NCBI GenBank assembly: GCA_973895155.1
Contig: OZ316892.1
Coordinates: 20,409,869 to 20,473,868, forward strand
DNA: 64,000 bases
Reading direction: 5' to 3'
From: Marsupella aquatica
Taxonomy: Eukaryota > Plantae > Marchantiophyta
Made by a program: the position numbers and the translations under genes. A model generated the notes under the pieces. It did not search any database, was not told the origin of the DNA, and saw nothing but the letters and a program-made list of their open reading frames with translations. This document shows positions 24,096-36,873 of the stretch, piece by piece. Every line of letters starts with the position of its first letter. Position 1 is the stretch's first letter.

Positions 24096-26689
24096 GGCAT
24101 CCATTGCTAGAGTAGCTAGTCTCTCTTCAATCTCCTCGATCCGGCGCTACTAGCGATAGAATCGTCAGTGTACATATTATCGTTTAGCTCCAACTAGTGA
24201 TATTGGAGGTCCGTAATGAAGTTATCGTGGGCTTCATCCTCCGTAAAGTTGAAAGCGGTGGATGTAAAGCCCCCAGAAACCTTGACACTGTCGAATGCGC
24301 CTAGGGGAGCAGCACTAGCAAGAAAACATGCCGATAATTAGATACACATATATTGTAACGTACAGATTCAGTAAGTTTAATCCAGTCATTCAGATGTGTC
24401 TGACGTACATGTATTGGCTAAAATTTGTTCTTTCGATCCATTCTCACATTTGAATTTCTCAGTCTGATCGATCGAGGCATAGTATTTACTCACTGGGATA
24501 TTATATCTTTGTCTAGTCAAGCCATCAGTATTTCCCCTGAGCAATTCAACTATTTGAAAACGATCATTCTTCGTAGATAGCTTTCGCAATTGTTGTGCAC
24601 GGGATTCACTTGTAGCCGTAACAATGGAAGAGCGTGAACTTCTCTACCTTGACACCCCTCACGAAAGTCGATAATTGGATCCCGTTTAGTTCTTACAATA
24701 AAATTTTAACGAAGACAGTACAGTTTTCGTAAGCCATAAACCTCCTAAGCAATAAACCTATTCCTAAAGTTGGTGCTTCTTTACGTATCTGTTTGGACAG
24801 AATTTATGCAATGCAATCCCGTTTCAAACTGATGCTATCTTTAAACACAAAGATTTGTGCATCTTTGAGATAAGTTTGAACTAGTAGATAAATTCGACCC
24901 AGGTAATTAAGCTGGTTAAATCTAACCACAGACGAGGCCAGACGGTGAAAACTTGTAAGCACTTAAGTGAATGTGAGATGCGTTGGAATCAGAGTTTGCC
25001 ATTTCAATGATCTAGAGATTCTCTGCTAACTTTAACACCGTCTTCCATTCTTTGACGTTCTCATATTCATTCAGGATTCTCAGTCTTTTGTTTCACTTAA
25101 AAGAATACTTCTGCATTCCTTCAATCGGAAAAATGGTCAGTGCCTCTTTGGATTCCGGAAAAAGTGTAGTGCCATTATTGGTTTCGTACTTCCTCTTTTT
25201 CCAAATCAAGCACCGCGCATTCTGGGTTTAGTATCTCTAGTTTAGATGAAATATTGGAACAGTTACTCAAAACAATTTCAAAAGATCAATCGGTGAGTCA
25301 GTGTCTGCACTTTTAGCTACTGGAAGTTTTTCAAAACTAATTTTGACATTAAGATTTATCTCTATTTCAAATGTAATCTACTTTTCGTAGATTGGTTAAA
25401 AACTAATTGGAAAATTCTTTCCACAAAAAAGTCTAATACAGTGAACTCTCCAAAGCACACACTCCATCTTGCATGCCATCTTCCCCCCCCCCCCCCCCCC
25501 CCCCTTGTTATTACACAAGATAAGCGATTTTAAAGCATTTTGGACCCAGTCTGGCCCTGACCTCGCCAGGTATCTGGTCGGAACCGACCCCAACCCAGCC
25601 TTAACCCCAAACCGGAGGACTCTTGCTAGACCAGGGGAGTCACACCATCTAAAATAATTGCCTCCCCAAACTGCTATTTAATTATTAAATAAATAAATAT
25701 ATTTAAAATACCTATATTTAAATTGGAAAATTTTGGAAAATATAACCTTTTTTTTAATATTGATTAAAACTAGAGCTAATTAAAGGAGGTTTTAGGAGAA
25801 AAGTAAAAAACATTTATAGGAGGGAAATCCAATTTCAAATAATTATGAAAAAATATGTACCTTGCTAATAAAATGTAGTAAAGGATTAAATATGGGTCCA
25901 ACTAATAAAATAAATAGGTAGAGCTAAATTTTGGGTCTAGGGGGGAAAATAAAAAGATTAAATGGGTTGCAGAAATAATTTCAAAATATAATAATACAAA
26001 TATGTAGTACCTTGTCTAATAAGGCAAATTGGAAGAAGCTTACGGATCAGAGAAAAAATCTCCATATTAAGAACCCAAGTGGTTGCGCAACAAACTTGGA
26101 TGGTGCAAATTGAATTGAATTGAATTGAATTGAATTGGCGGCAAAGTCATGGGACCAAGGAGAACATTTGTGAACCCCTCCCCCCTGCCTGCTGTTTTGG
26201 ATGTGGGGTGCATTTTTTCCCCCTTTTGGGCCCTTTTGGGTGAGGCAAATTGATGCAACCTGGTGATTTGGTCAGCTTGCCCCCCATTTGAACTTCACTT
26301 ATCTTAGTCTCCCATTTTATTTTATTTGCATTATCTGCCACATTATTCTGTTTATATTGAGTTGTTGGTTTGTTCCAATTATTATTTTTGTCTTCTTCTA
26401 TTTTTCTTCCAACACATTGGTTCTTGACATTCTTCGGCCCACTATCTTTTGTTCAATAACTTATTCCATATCAGTTGACACCATCTTGCGAGTGATTTGA
26501 TGTTTACTTTGCTGGAGGAGCTGGAGCAGGAGGGTGGCAAGGAGGAAGAGGGAGGAAAGAGGATGGGTTAAAGGGGGTGCAGGGAGGGACCGAAGGAAAT
26601 AACAGCAGGAGAGGGAAAGAAGGGGGGGGGGGGGGGTACCAAGTTTTGTGCCAAACACCTGGGTTCTGTCACTCTACATGTTCTGGCTC

Positions 26690-26790
26690 TCTCTCCAACT
26701 CGGTCCTACCATAGCTCTAGGCCTGACTCTTTCCCCAACTCTCCCTACCATAGCTCTAGGCCTGACTCTTTCCCCAACTCTCCCTACCCA
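26690..26790. repeat. short tandem duplication, ~39-bp unit
   Basis: cctaccatagctctaggcctgactctttccccaactct repeated. Confidence 0.8.
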
Positions 26791-26884
26791 TTTAACCCTT
26801 CTATCCCCACCGTTGACATTTTAACCATCAGAACCACTAGACAACCTGGATTCTGTCCCAAGATATTGTGCATATTAACAACAT

Positions 26885-27360
26885 TTACACCAGGACAATA
26901 CTTTTGACAAAGAAAAACTCTTCAAAGTATCACTTTACACAGTGACGCACTTTCTGTGCAACAAACCTTCCCCAAAGAGCTTTTCCAGGGAAAAACAATT
27001 TCCCAAGGAAAAACTCTTCACAGTAATATACACTTTGCACAATGATGCACTTTGTGTGCTACAAACCTTCTCCAAAGTCCATTTACACCAGAACAACAAT
27101 GTTCACATTCAAGGTAAAATTCTTAACTGTATACACTTTATACAATGGTGAACTTTTTGTGCAATGAACTTTCCCCAAAGAATATTCACACCAGGACAAC
27201 AATTTTCACATTCAAGGAAAAACTAGACTCAACTGTATACACTTTACACAATGGTGAACTTTCTGTGCAATGAACTTTCCCCAAAGAATATTCACACCAG
27301 GACAACAATTTTCACAAGGAAAAATTCTTCATAGTATACACTTTCAACGAATGATGCACA
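26885..27360. repeat. tandem repeat, ~100-bp unit x~5
   Basis: Recurring acaccag(g/a)acaacaat...aaggaaaaa...gtatacacttt...tgtgcaa...cccaaag. Confidence 0.85.
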
Positions 27361-28369
27361 TTCTGTTACCCTTCCAGAAGACAACCTGAGTGCAAGGGCA
27401 ACATAACCTCTATGACAAGTGTTCAAAGCATGGGCCCTGGCTCATCCCTCAGTTTCCAGCCACTCACTTTGATACCTTCGACATGTCCAACGATAGCACA
27501 TTAAGTAAACATAACTTGGGGGGGCATTTGTTGTAGAAAATGTCCCTCAACATCTCAAATGGGAATCCCATGGATAAAATTGGCCCCCCTTTGGCTTCGG
27601 AGTGGAGTGACAAGTCAAAATCAATTTTCACAAACTTAGGATCGGATGCCTGCAAATTCCAGAAATCATAGTGGCTGCTTGTTATATTAACCCTTGAAGT
27701 GCATCATCGTAGCTGCAAATTGGCTGCTTCCCAAGAAAAAACAGGAGGACATCCCTGGACCAATATCACCTTGCATTGATCATGTGATGTGTTTGTGTCT
27801 TTACATCTCTTTCTGTTTAGTATGCATAACTACACAGTCATATCCTCAACTAATGCCTCAAACAAATGCCACAGGTCAAGATGTCCTCCAGTTGCAAAAA
27901 TGGACTGCTTTGGCTTCAGGGAAAGACAAGCTTACTCGGAGTTTGTTAATATCTTGTCAAGTGCAGGCATAAAAGCCGAGAGGTAGAAAGCGACTGAAAG
28001 TTTATTTGGAAATAGCTCGGACATGCTGGTAAGACTTAATCCAGTGAGGCTGTGGCCCACGAGTATTACCTATCACCCCAAAGGGCAATCACAGCCTCAA
28101 TTCATGTCAAAACTTAAAGTTCCAAGTAGTTTTCCTCTACAACCGAAAGCACTACATTCAGTTCATCAGAGCCAAACTAAGGGAGTTCACAGATTATAGT
28201 GGGGAGTCTTGGGAGAATTTATGACATGCCATGGCCAAAAATATGTGCCTGTTGCTCCTGAGAAACAGGGCTGGCAGGTCTCTAAGACTAGCCTCTGTTT
28301 CTCAACAACCATGGACACCTCAATTAATTAACATAATTGACTGTGCACTAATTTTGACAGTTCACCCTT

Positions 28370-29090
28370 ATCAACATGATATCAACTAGATATAACATCA
28401 TGTAAGCAATGATTGTATTATCATTGTGATGAACATAAATATAATCAAGTGTACAAAACAAGCACTAAGGTTTGTGTATACATATAAAGAACTAAGATCC
28501 TAAAAAGACACATCTAAGAGACATGTACTAAGGTCCTGAACGGACACATCTAAGAGACACATATGAGACATACCTTTTGGGTAACCAATGTATGCTCATA
28601 GATCATGACCAAGGAGTGCTATCCAAGTAGTGCTATCTCATTATAGTTAATACCCCCCTTAACGAGAACATGAATAAAAACAAAAAAAACTAACCCATGA
28701 GTACAAAACTCATGCTTAGGTCATGGAAGAGCCTTGGTGAAGATATCAGCAAGCATTTCTGAAGTAGGCTTAAAGCTTAAAATAATTTCATTATTTTGAA
28801 CTTTTTCTTGGAGATACCAATACCAAAGGTCTATGTGCTTACATCTGTCATGGAATTTACTAGGGTGTTTTGCTAAAAAAATACATGATTGATTGTCACA
28901 AAAGATGGTAATGGGTACAGCTAAAGAAATCCAAAATTTCTCACAAGCTGTCTTAGCCACATGGCCTCTTTTGCAGCAGATGCACAGGCAATTAATAAAT
29001 TCAGCTTTGGTTGAAGAAAGGGCAACCGTGGGTTGCTTTTAGCTTTGCCAGGAAATGACAGCTCTGCCAAGAACAAAAGAGTAGATCTTG
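28370..29090 (-). mobile_element. degenerate copia 3' end: RNase H, PPT and LTR remnant
   Basis: TIFCDNQSCI..FHDRCKHID...EMLADIFTKALP (28721-28960). VISWQS..QPTVALSSTKAE upstream. PPT GTTAAGGGGGG at ~28653-28663. Confidence 0.85.
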
Positions 29091-30179
29091 TGACTGATAC
29101 CCTTCAGTCTGTGTCATTGGCATGATCTATGACCATATGCCGATTACTTGCTCTGCATCGATTAACCTCCAACTAATCTGTCGTTGGTGGTCATTTTCTC
29201 TCCCTAAGACCAGATTCCACTTTACTAACATAACTCCACGATAGAATTCCTCGACAGCTTCCTTAATTATTCATAAAACATTGCTGAAGGGCTTCATCGT
29301 TCATCCCAAATAGTTGTTGTCCTCCCTCGTTCCATACTCGACAATCTCCTTTCTTAATGCAAATCATGAACATACACATGATGGGTTTTCTTTCCCCAGC
29401 GGGTTTGCATGTATGAGCGTTCATGTTTCTGCTCAAAGTATTTGCTTGCTCTATTTCTACCTGCCTCTTCTGTCTTGCCCTAATACCTAAAGCGCAATCT
29501 CTACCATCTTCTAACTTCTCATTGCATCCCTCATGACAAAACCCTAATTCTACATTACTCCATATAGCAAGAATGGTCGCACCTTCTACTGGCAACCTTT
29601 CAGCCATCTTCTACTGATAACATAAAAGTGTTCATGACTGTCGCTGTATCCCTTTAAATACTCTATCTTCTAACTTCTATCTGAAGTTTCCCTACTAATT
29701 CTCTCGGGGGTCTCACTATATGAGGACCTCCCCATCACCTGCAACGTTTTTAGGCCTCGGACCCCCTAAAATGTAAGAAAAAAAATATTTTTAACCCCTA
29801 GAAAGTTAGAATATTCTTGGAATATTCCAAAAATTGGATTAAAAAGACCCTAATGTGCTTATAAGTCTCAAAATTGAATTTAAAAGACCCTATAATTGTT
29901 CTTCTACAAAAATTATAAGTTTTCTCTTAGAACCAATAAAATGATCCTATCATTTGTCGCACGTGATATGTCATTTTTGTGGAAGTGAAACCCTCGAGCT
30001 AATTCTACTAATTAATTAATTTTCAAATGTTTACACAAGTGTAGGTGCATGTTCGATAGAAATGTTGGAAGAAGACCAACCCCTACAGGATAAAGATTAC
30101 CAACTTGAGGACATTTAATATGAATGAACTGACCTTGCGAATCTTTTCCCTTTAAAATTCAGTAGGTAGAAAAGAACTC

Positions 30180-30560
30180 TAAGCTAGCTTCCTTGACCCT
30201 TCAGAGTGGCTTCTGAAACTGATAATAAATTCTTACTAATGTGAGGAACGTGCAGCACATTAGAAACAGAAGTGATTTCACCAGAAGATAGGTGAAAAGT
30301 GATATATAGTACCAACACCTAGAGCAACTTAATTGGGTGAAGTTATCAGCTAGAGACAACACAATGCCTGGAGTAAGTGGAACATAGAGGAAAAACCACT
30401 CCTATGTGGGGACATCTGTCTTGTAGCCCCAGAATCTAGATACCAGGTGCTATCAAAATCAGATTGAGAGATGGCACTGGTAAGTAGAAGCTGAAAAGAG
30501 ATTAATCCCTTGAGAAGAGGAAGCATACTTTCTTGTTCAAATGAATTTGTCTTGATCATT
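30180..30560 (-). mobile_element. degenerate copia protease region
   Basis: STWYLDSGATRQMSP, and ISNVLHVPHISKNLLSVS in an adjacent frame. Confidence 0.8.
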
Positions 30561-31509
30561 AGGAGATAGGGTTGCTCTAGTGCCTACCCTGAATTGTATA
30601 TTCATATTATGTCTTGAAAGGATATGTTTTGAACATGTAGGATAAAGTAAATAATTAGGATATATGCTTAGTGTGAGGCTCTCTCACTGGACTGGACAAT
30701 TTAATAATTATATAGTGGGTCAATCTCATTTTGACCCTTGATTTATGACCATCTATATTTTTTAATTTATAGATGGTCTGAGTGGTATTGGCCTCTGATT
30801 TTTGGACTAAATTAAATTTACTCTAATTTTTAAATTAATTATAATATATGATTTAAGTTATTATTAAACATTTGGGTGAAAAAAAACAAAATTTTGGGCG
30901 TTCAAAAGTGTATATTTGGGCTGAAAAAAATTAGCTTTTGGGAATGCTTTAATAGAAATTTGGCCTGAAAAAAAATAACTTTAGGGTTCATCTTATGGAC
31001 TTTTAAAAGTACAGTTTTAATGAATATAGTGATTTAGCAAAGTGAGTGGATGAAGGCGGTTTAAGTGATCTATAAACCCCATTGGCCCAGTCTTTGGCAC
31101 TTGCGGGGGCACGTGAACGGCAATCTGGTTGGATGTGGCCTTTCTTCTGGCACTAATGACAAGTGAGTTCCTTGTATTTGCCTTGAGAAGAATGAGGCAC
31201 AGTCAATAGGACCAAGAGCAAGACCAGAGCTCATTTTAGGCCTTTAATTGTTGTCCTTCAGAACTTTGATCAACTAGGATGAGGGGAAAATTAAAATCTT
31301 TAAAAATGTTCATTAAAAATCTTAGGAGGGGGAGATGGAAGAGAACTGAGAACACATTTGATTGTTGTGAGTTCATCTGCAATGACATCCACCAATTAAA
31401 TCATTGATCCAATATATTGTAAAAATTAAATCATTGATCCAATATATTGTAAAAAATGCAGACATGAAAGTTTTAGAAGAAGAATACATTGTTATGTCTG
31501 CTATCCATT

Positions 31510-31745
31510 GTTAATAACCTTTTCTTCATCACGGATGGACGTGAGCAGATCCTCTAGCGGCTGATCGTACTGCGCCAACGTTGAAATATATTGTCTGGTG
31601 CCGGCATGTCATCTCCAGCACTAACAAAGTCTATGGCTGTCGCACCTTGTCCTGCTTTCTCCAGGGCGAGGATGATATTAACCCAACACCAGGCTCCATG
31701 GCCAGCTCCATGCACTAGCACAAAATAGTGTTGTTTGAAACCCAT
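31510..31745 (-). pseudogene. methylesterase (MES/SABP2-like alpha/beta hydrolase) N-terminal fragment, frameshifted
   Basis: HYFVLVHGAGHGAWCW...LEKAG.ATAIDFVSAG. After a 2-nt AT slip at ~31588 it continues ISTLAQYDQPLEDLLTSIRDEEKV. No GHSxGG exon found downstream. Confidence 0.85.
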
Positions 31746-32124
31746 CCCTATATATGGCTGGTTAGCACTCACTAAAGAATTCTACAATCTCTACTTCGAA
31801 AGAAGCAAGCGGTCGACGCAAGCCAAAAGGGGAAATGCTAATGTGCGAGTCGCATCTGATAGAGAAATCGTGCGTTGATTTTGTAACAAAAGAATGGATA
31901 TCTCTTTATAGCCAGCGGATGCCTACAATAAACGAAGTACATTGTAAGCGATTTTCCTACATGCGTTGGTCCGCTGACTCAGTATAACGAGGCTGCCGCC
32001 AACATTTACCTCATTCTAGGGGAGAGTCGCAGACGACCCGGGTGCGTCCCGCTAATAGACACTGCATCGATCCTTTCGAACATTAGTTCATATGCCCGAA
32101 CATTGATCGTACATAGATATAGGG

Positions 32125-32226
32125 TCATGAACCCTAGCCCGAATACCCGGGCTAGCTCGTAAATACCATGGTGCCCGTTCATGAACACTAGCCCGAATAC
32201 CCGGGCTAGCTCGTAAATACCATGGC
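32125..32226. repeat. 54-bp tandem duplication containing the hairpin CTAGCCCG..CGGGCTAG
   Basis: tcatgaac(c/a)ctagcccgaatacccgggctagctcgtaaataccatgg at 32125 and 32179. Confidence 0.9.
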
Positions 32227-32415
32227 GTCCGTTTCCCAGCACCACCCCCGAGTGAGGCTGCGCTCCAAAGGCGCGTCTCGAGGCTTCACTCCAGCTTTCT
32301 ATGGATAGAGGAATACTATTATTCACTCTAAGCCCTTATCTGAGCTTTCGATAAGATAGTCTAACATTAGCTGCGGCTGCTGAGATCGTCCTGATTCGTA
32401 TCTTCCGATACATTC

Positions 32416-32513
32416 TGCTGGATTAAATATTAATTTTATCGGTCTACGTCGTTCAAGCCTAGTTTGCTGGATTAAATATTAATTTTATCGGTCTACGTCG
32501 TTCAAGCCTAGTT
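32416..32513. repeat. perfect 49-bp tandem duplication
   Basis: tgctggattaaatattaattttatcggtctacgtcgttcaagcctagtt x2. Confidence 0.95.
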
Positions 32514-34058
32514 TCCTGACGGGATTGTAGGATTGCTTATATCAGATATATCCGCAACAGGAGTGTCAGCAACCCTCCTGTGCCGCCTTTGCTCACTTGA
32601 TCGAAGAAGTTCCTCCGAACTCTCCTCCCATGGGAATCAAAAGTACAAAAGTCTACGCAGTCATATCACTGTCTCATATATACGCACTCTGCCTTATGGT
32701 GCTTTATGGCGCACTCAATAGACAACGAATCGATTGTCATAGTAGTCCCCCAAAAGTGAGAAGAGACTATAGGAGCCATTTTGAATTCATGATGCGCTAG
32801 GTTACTCTGGATGGATCGATGAAAGCTCTAAACATATATTACATAGGTGCTCGAGGAACTGAACGCCCGAATCAGGAGTGGTCGTTGTCTTAACTAGCTT
32901 TCACACACTCAGAGTCCGCTGTCTAATGCTCAGTATAAACGAATCCAGTGTCTCTCATTAAGAGGCTTGCCCGTAGACAAGATGCTTCTCAGTCTATGCT
33001 TGGCTGTGCAAAATGCCAAGTTCACATATATAAATGTTGAACGAATGTTTTGAGCTCACCATAATTACAAAACGACTGCAGCCTATCCAGATCCCGGCCA
33101 TCTTAACACAAATTAGTATAAGATTTTCTGGGTCGCAGTATGATTTTCATAAGAGAACCATTTTGCACTCTGAGAAAATTAATGTATTTTTCTCTCGTTC
33201 CATTATGATTCTATGATTCTCATAAGACAAGGTTTTGTTGAGTAAGAAAAACATATGCAATTTTTTTTATATGTATTACTAGATCGATCACCCTAGAATA
33301 GCAATTAGATCTGAACGTTAAAAACCCTCAGGAATATAGTCTTGACAGTCGAGGATAGCGTTTTTGTTACAGCTCTTGGCACCTCGATCTGTTCTTACGA
33401 AAGATTTCCCTTTTGACTTCTTCCAAATTTCCCAACTAGAATATACATATTCTTTTGTCAAGCGATAGAGTGATCTGTTTAAGTAAGAGACAAACTTCTA
33501 AACCAAGGAGTAATCCATGAAAATATGTTCATGTAGGAACCCACATAGAAACAATCACATCTAACAGTTAGATTATCATAGAACGTACAGTGAAATAAAT
33601 CAGTTCTCAGTTTTGTGCTAAGTATGTGCTAGATGATTAATCTTTGAATGTGGACCTCACAAGGATTGAATCTATCATCATGTACAATACAATTAGATTG
33701 ATCTTTATTCTAGAGACAATCTTCATCAATAGATCTCTTCTAGTGATGTTTCATGTCATCAGATACGAAACCACACATTCCTAGTTCAGTCTTCTTTAGT
33801 CTATTAGAAGTAGGACAAGAGTCTATTGAAACTCAACAGAAATGGTGGCCTTCCAATGGTCTGCATCTGGTTCAGTGACATCTTCTTAATTTATAAGAGA
33901 TATGTCTTTGAAAATGCTTGTTGTAAAAAGTGAAGCCGGCCCATATTCGTTGTTGGGCCTTGAAACGTTCAGCAAGAGAATCATATTTCTCCACTTAACT
34001 TGAGTATGTAGTGATCCTGCCACTTTTTGAGGTAGAGGCGGAAAAATATATGGACTAA

Positions 34059-34102
34059 GTGGAGAACTAGACGAAGGAGCACTCCTTCGTCTAGTTCTCC
34101 AC
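34059..34102. other. perfect 21-bp inverted repeat (hairpin 1)
   Basis: GTGGAGAACTAGACGAAGGAG-CA-CTCCTTCGTCTAGTTCTCCAC. Confidence 0.95.
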
Positions 34103-34174
34103 AAAGCAGTCCGTCCAGAAGGAGATGAATAAATAGAACCAGAAGTGGTACTAGATGAAAAGTAGGAACGACCG

Positions 34175-34223
34175 ATGAAGTAGATGTACTCTGCTGAGTA
34201 GAAGCAGAGTACATCTACTTCAT
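34175..34223. other. perfect 21-bp inverted repeat (hairpin 2)
   Basis: ATGAAGTAGATGTACTCTGCT-GAGTAGA-AGCAGAGTACATCTACTTCAT. Confidence 0.95.
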
Positions 34224-35582
34224 TGAAATGGTCTAACTTAGTCCGGACAGTAGTTCTGCAAATGAGTTGCACTAGGAAGAAGTGTCTCTCGCCAATAAGG
34301 CTTGGAAGAGAAGATTCAAAAAGCATAGAAAGGATAGCATTTATCGATTGTGTATGGTTTTTACACTCAGCTCAGTCAATTGTCATCTAATCCCTTTTTC
34401 AATAAATCAAGCATCAAAATCTGTGCTACAGTGAGCATAGGGATTGTTACTAAATATAGATAATTTTCAATTGTGCTAAGAGAGTACGTAATTCTAACAA
34501 ATGGTTCCCTTAGGATCTTTACTGGATTGGACATTAACAAGCACGGGCAGCCCATATGCTGCTCTGATGCGGAAACCAGCCAGGTTCTTCCCTCTCATCG
34601 ACCCTGGCCTCGATTTTTGCCAGAGATCCATCTTTCTACGGCTATATCAAAGATGCCCAATTCAAGGGTACGTTGTCAATCGATTGGTGGTGGAAATGGA
34701 AACGCAAACTGAGATGACTGCTGAGCTAATAGGTACGTACAGGGCTGTCCAAATAGTCGATAAATATATTCATCAGCCGATGGCAATCTTAATTTATGGG
34801 TATACATGCTGTCAGCGTGATGTAATGAATGAATGATAGTGCAAGAACAAAAGACTCTAACTTCAGCCTCAGCTATTAACGTGAAAGTCTACTGTCTTTG
34901 AGTGTGATTCCAAGTCCTACCATTACTGCCCACGTCTCATTGTACGTATTTGAGGGTGATTCAAACGCCTACCATTACTGTTCATGCTTTGTCTGATTCC
35001 ACACCTAATAACAGTTAAAATCAATCTCCATCTGTCCGCTTGAAATAAAATTCATCCTCTTCAAAACGCACGTACATCCTCAAGTTCATATAAGATACTT
35101 ACGATACAGTCTAATTCAAAGAGGTTAATTATCACATATAAACTTCCTCCCTAAATATAATATTAATACAAGAAATTTGTCTTCACAAAATAGCTGCCAA
35201 GGCCAACGTACCTAGCTGCCCTAGCTTAAAGCTCAAGGCCAACGTACATGGCCCTAGCTTAAAGATGAGCACGTAGCCTTGCATTAAACCTAACTAAGCA
35301 CGGGAAAGAATTCTCATGTCATGGGAGAGGAGCAGAAAGGTGGGAGTCAAAACCAAGATTGGACATTTTCTTAAATATTCACGATATACTCATGTGACTC
35401 CAATCAAAGTCAAATCGCAATTCCCTAGAGGACAACTTTATTAAAATTAATCAACTATTCAGCTGATCGGGTGTAACAGATGCTCCCACATTCGATCATT
35501 GTAAGCTCTTCTATGGCCTAGAAACTCTTGGCTTGCAATGACTCGATCAAGCGACTCCACGAGATGCACAGTTATATCCAGA

Positions 35583-36158
35583 TCAAGGACTTATATATGT
35601 CCAGATACTCAGAAGCCACTGAGGCAAACTTGTAAACCCATCAATGGGAACCCAATTGAATTCTAGAGCAGGGACATGAAGCACTCCAGCAGTAAACTTC
35701 GACGGAATGGCTGCATTTCTGGCATTCTGTACAGTAGGGTTGTTGTGTGAACCACCATTGCCCAAACCTGGATTCCCTCCAGCCAGCATTTGACTATCTG
35801 CCTGTTGCTCTTGTTCCTGCAATGGTTTTCTACCATCATGATTGAAAATTCCAGGGTATAGATCTTTCTCCCACTTGTACATGACGTGGATGCGTACCCC
35901 ATTTAGTACAGTCAGGTTCAGAATCTCCAATGCTCTTGCTGCATTTTCCGCATCTTCGTAGACTACAAAAGCAGACTGCAGGCTTGTGTTGTTGGCCATT
36001 GAGCCAATCGTGATGTAGGCCACTCGGCCGATCGCCCTCAAAATTTCGTCGAGCTGATGTTCTGATATGTCCTTGTGCAAGTTCGCCACATAAAGGGGTT
36101 CTATCAAATATTGAGAGTGACCAGCTGCTGCATGCATTTGTCCTTGAAGGTCAGACAT
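35583..36158 (-). CDS. single-RRM protein resembling RRM1 of poly(A)-binding protein, ~191 aa
   Basis: LYVANL (RNP2), SLQSAFVVY (degenerate RNP1) and AARALEILNLTVLNGVRIHVMY, compared with PABP AARALxxLNFTPLNGKPIRIMY. Intronless ORF. TATA-like motif near 36610 and a possible 5'UTR acceptor near 36222. Confidence 0.7.
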   Translation of the reverse strand: MSDLQGQMHAAAGHSQYLIEPLYVANLHKDISEHQLDEILRAIGRVAYITIGSMANNTSLQSAFVVYEDAENAARALEILNLTVLNGVRIHVMYKWEKDLYPGIFNHDGRKPLQEQEQQADSQMLAGGNPGLGNGGSHNNPTVQNARNAAIPSKFTAGVLHVPALEFNWVPIDGFTSLPQWLLSIWTYISP

Positions 36159-36873
36159 GGTCGCTTCCTCTTCTTCCACTCAAAATGCCCAATCTGATGC
36201 CCAATCTGATATTCCGGTTCCCTGTAGACTGACACAAACACGTTAAATTTCCCTGTGAAGATGGTTGTATAGGACAGAGTTGGAAGCTAGCCAAGACTTG
36301 AGGCTGAGAGTAAACTCGGAAGAAAAATACAGGGAAACAAGTAAAACTAGAAGGGAAAATGGGGCAATAAAGCTGGAAGGAAGTGGAACCCGCAGGTAGG
36401 CTGGAGAGTTTAAATCAAATGATAGCAACTGAACTTTACTCAACATGCTAAAATTGACAATCACGCACACCTCTACTGGCTCACAACTTCAGCACGTACT
36501 GTCCCTTTCCCTTTGAATTTCTTAATTCTCTCTCTCACTCAGGAACAAGTTTCCTTACTGAAGTGATTGCGCGTAGAAGACAATGAAAATGTTTGCTTCA
36601 GACAAGTCCTTATATGGAAAAGGAAACACATATACAAACAAGTAGCAGATCGATTTGACTAATGATAAAAGGAGTACGTTCATCAGATAACCCTACAAAG
36701 TTCACCCAACTAGTAACTACAAACTTTATCCAACTAGTAACTACAAAGTTCATCTGACTAGTAACCAAATTACTCTAAAGTAGTCACTAGATACAAAAGT
36801 AAGTAATTTTTACTCAAATAAACTACCTCATATTCTAAGTTTAAGATGTATTCTCTCAAAATTGGAATGAAGA

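Noticed and set aside
29100-30150. 114-aa ORF and LTR-like sequence splitting the copia remnant
   Set aside because: Probably a nested TE fragment, but no diagnostic motif or termini could be confirmed.
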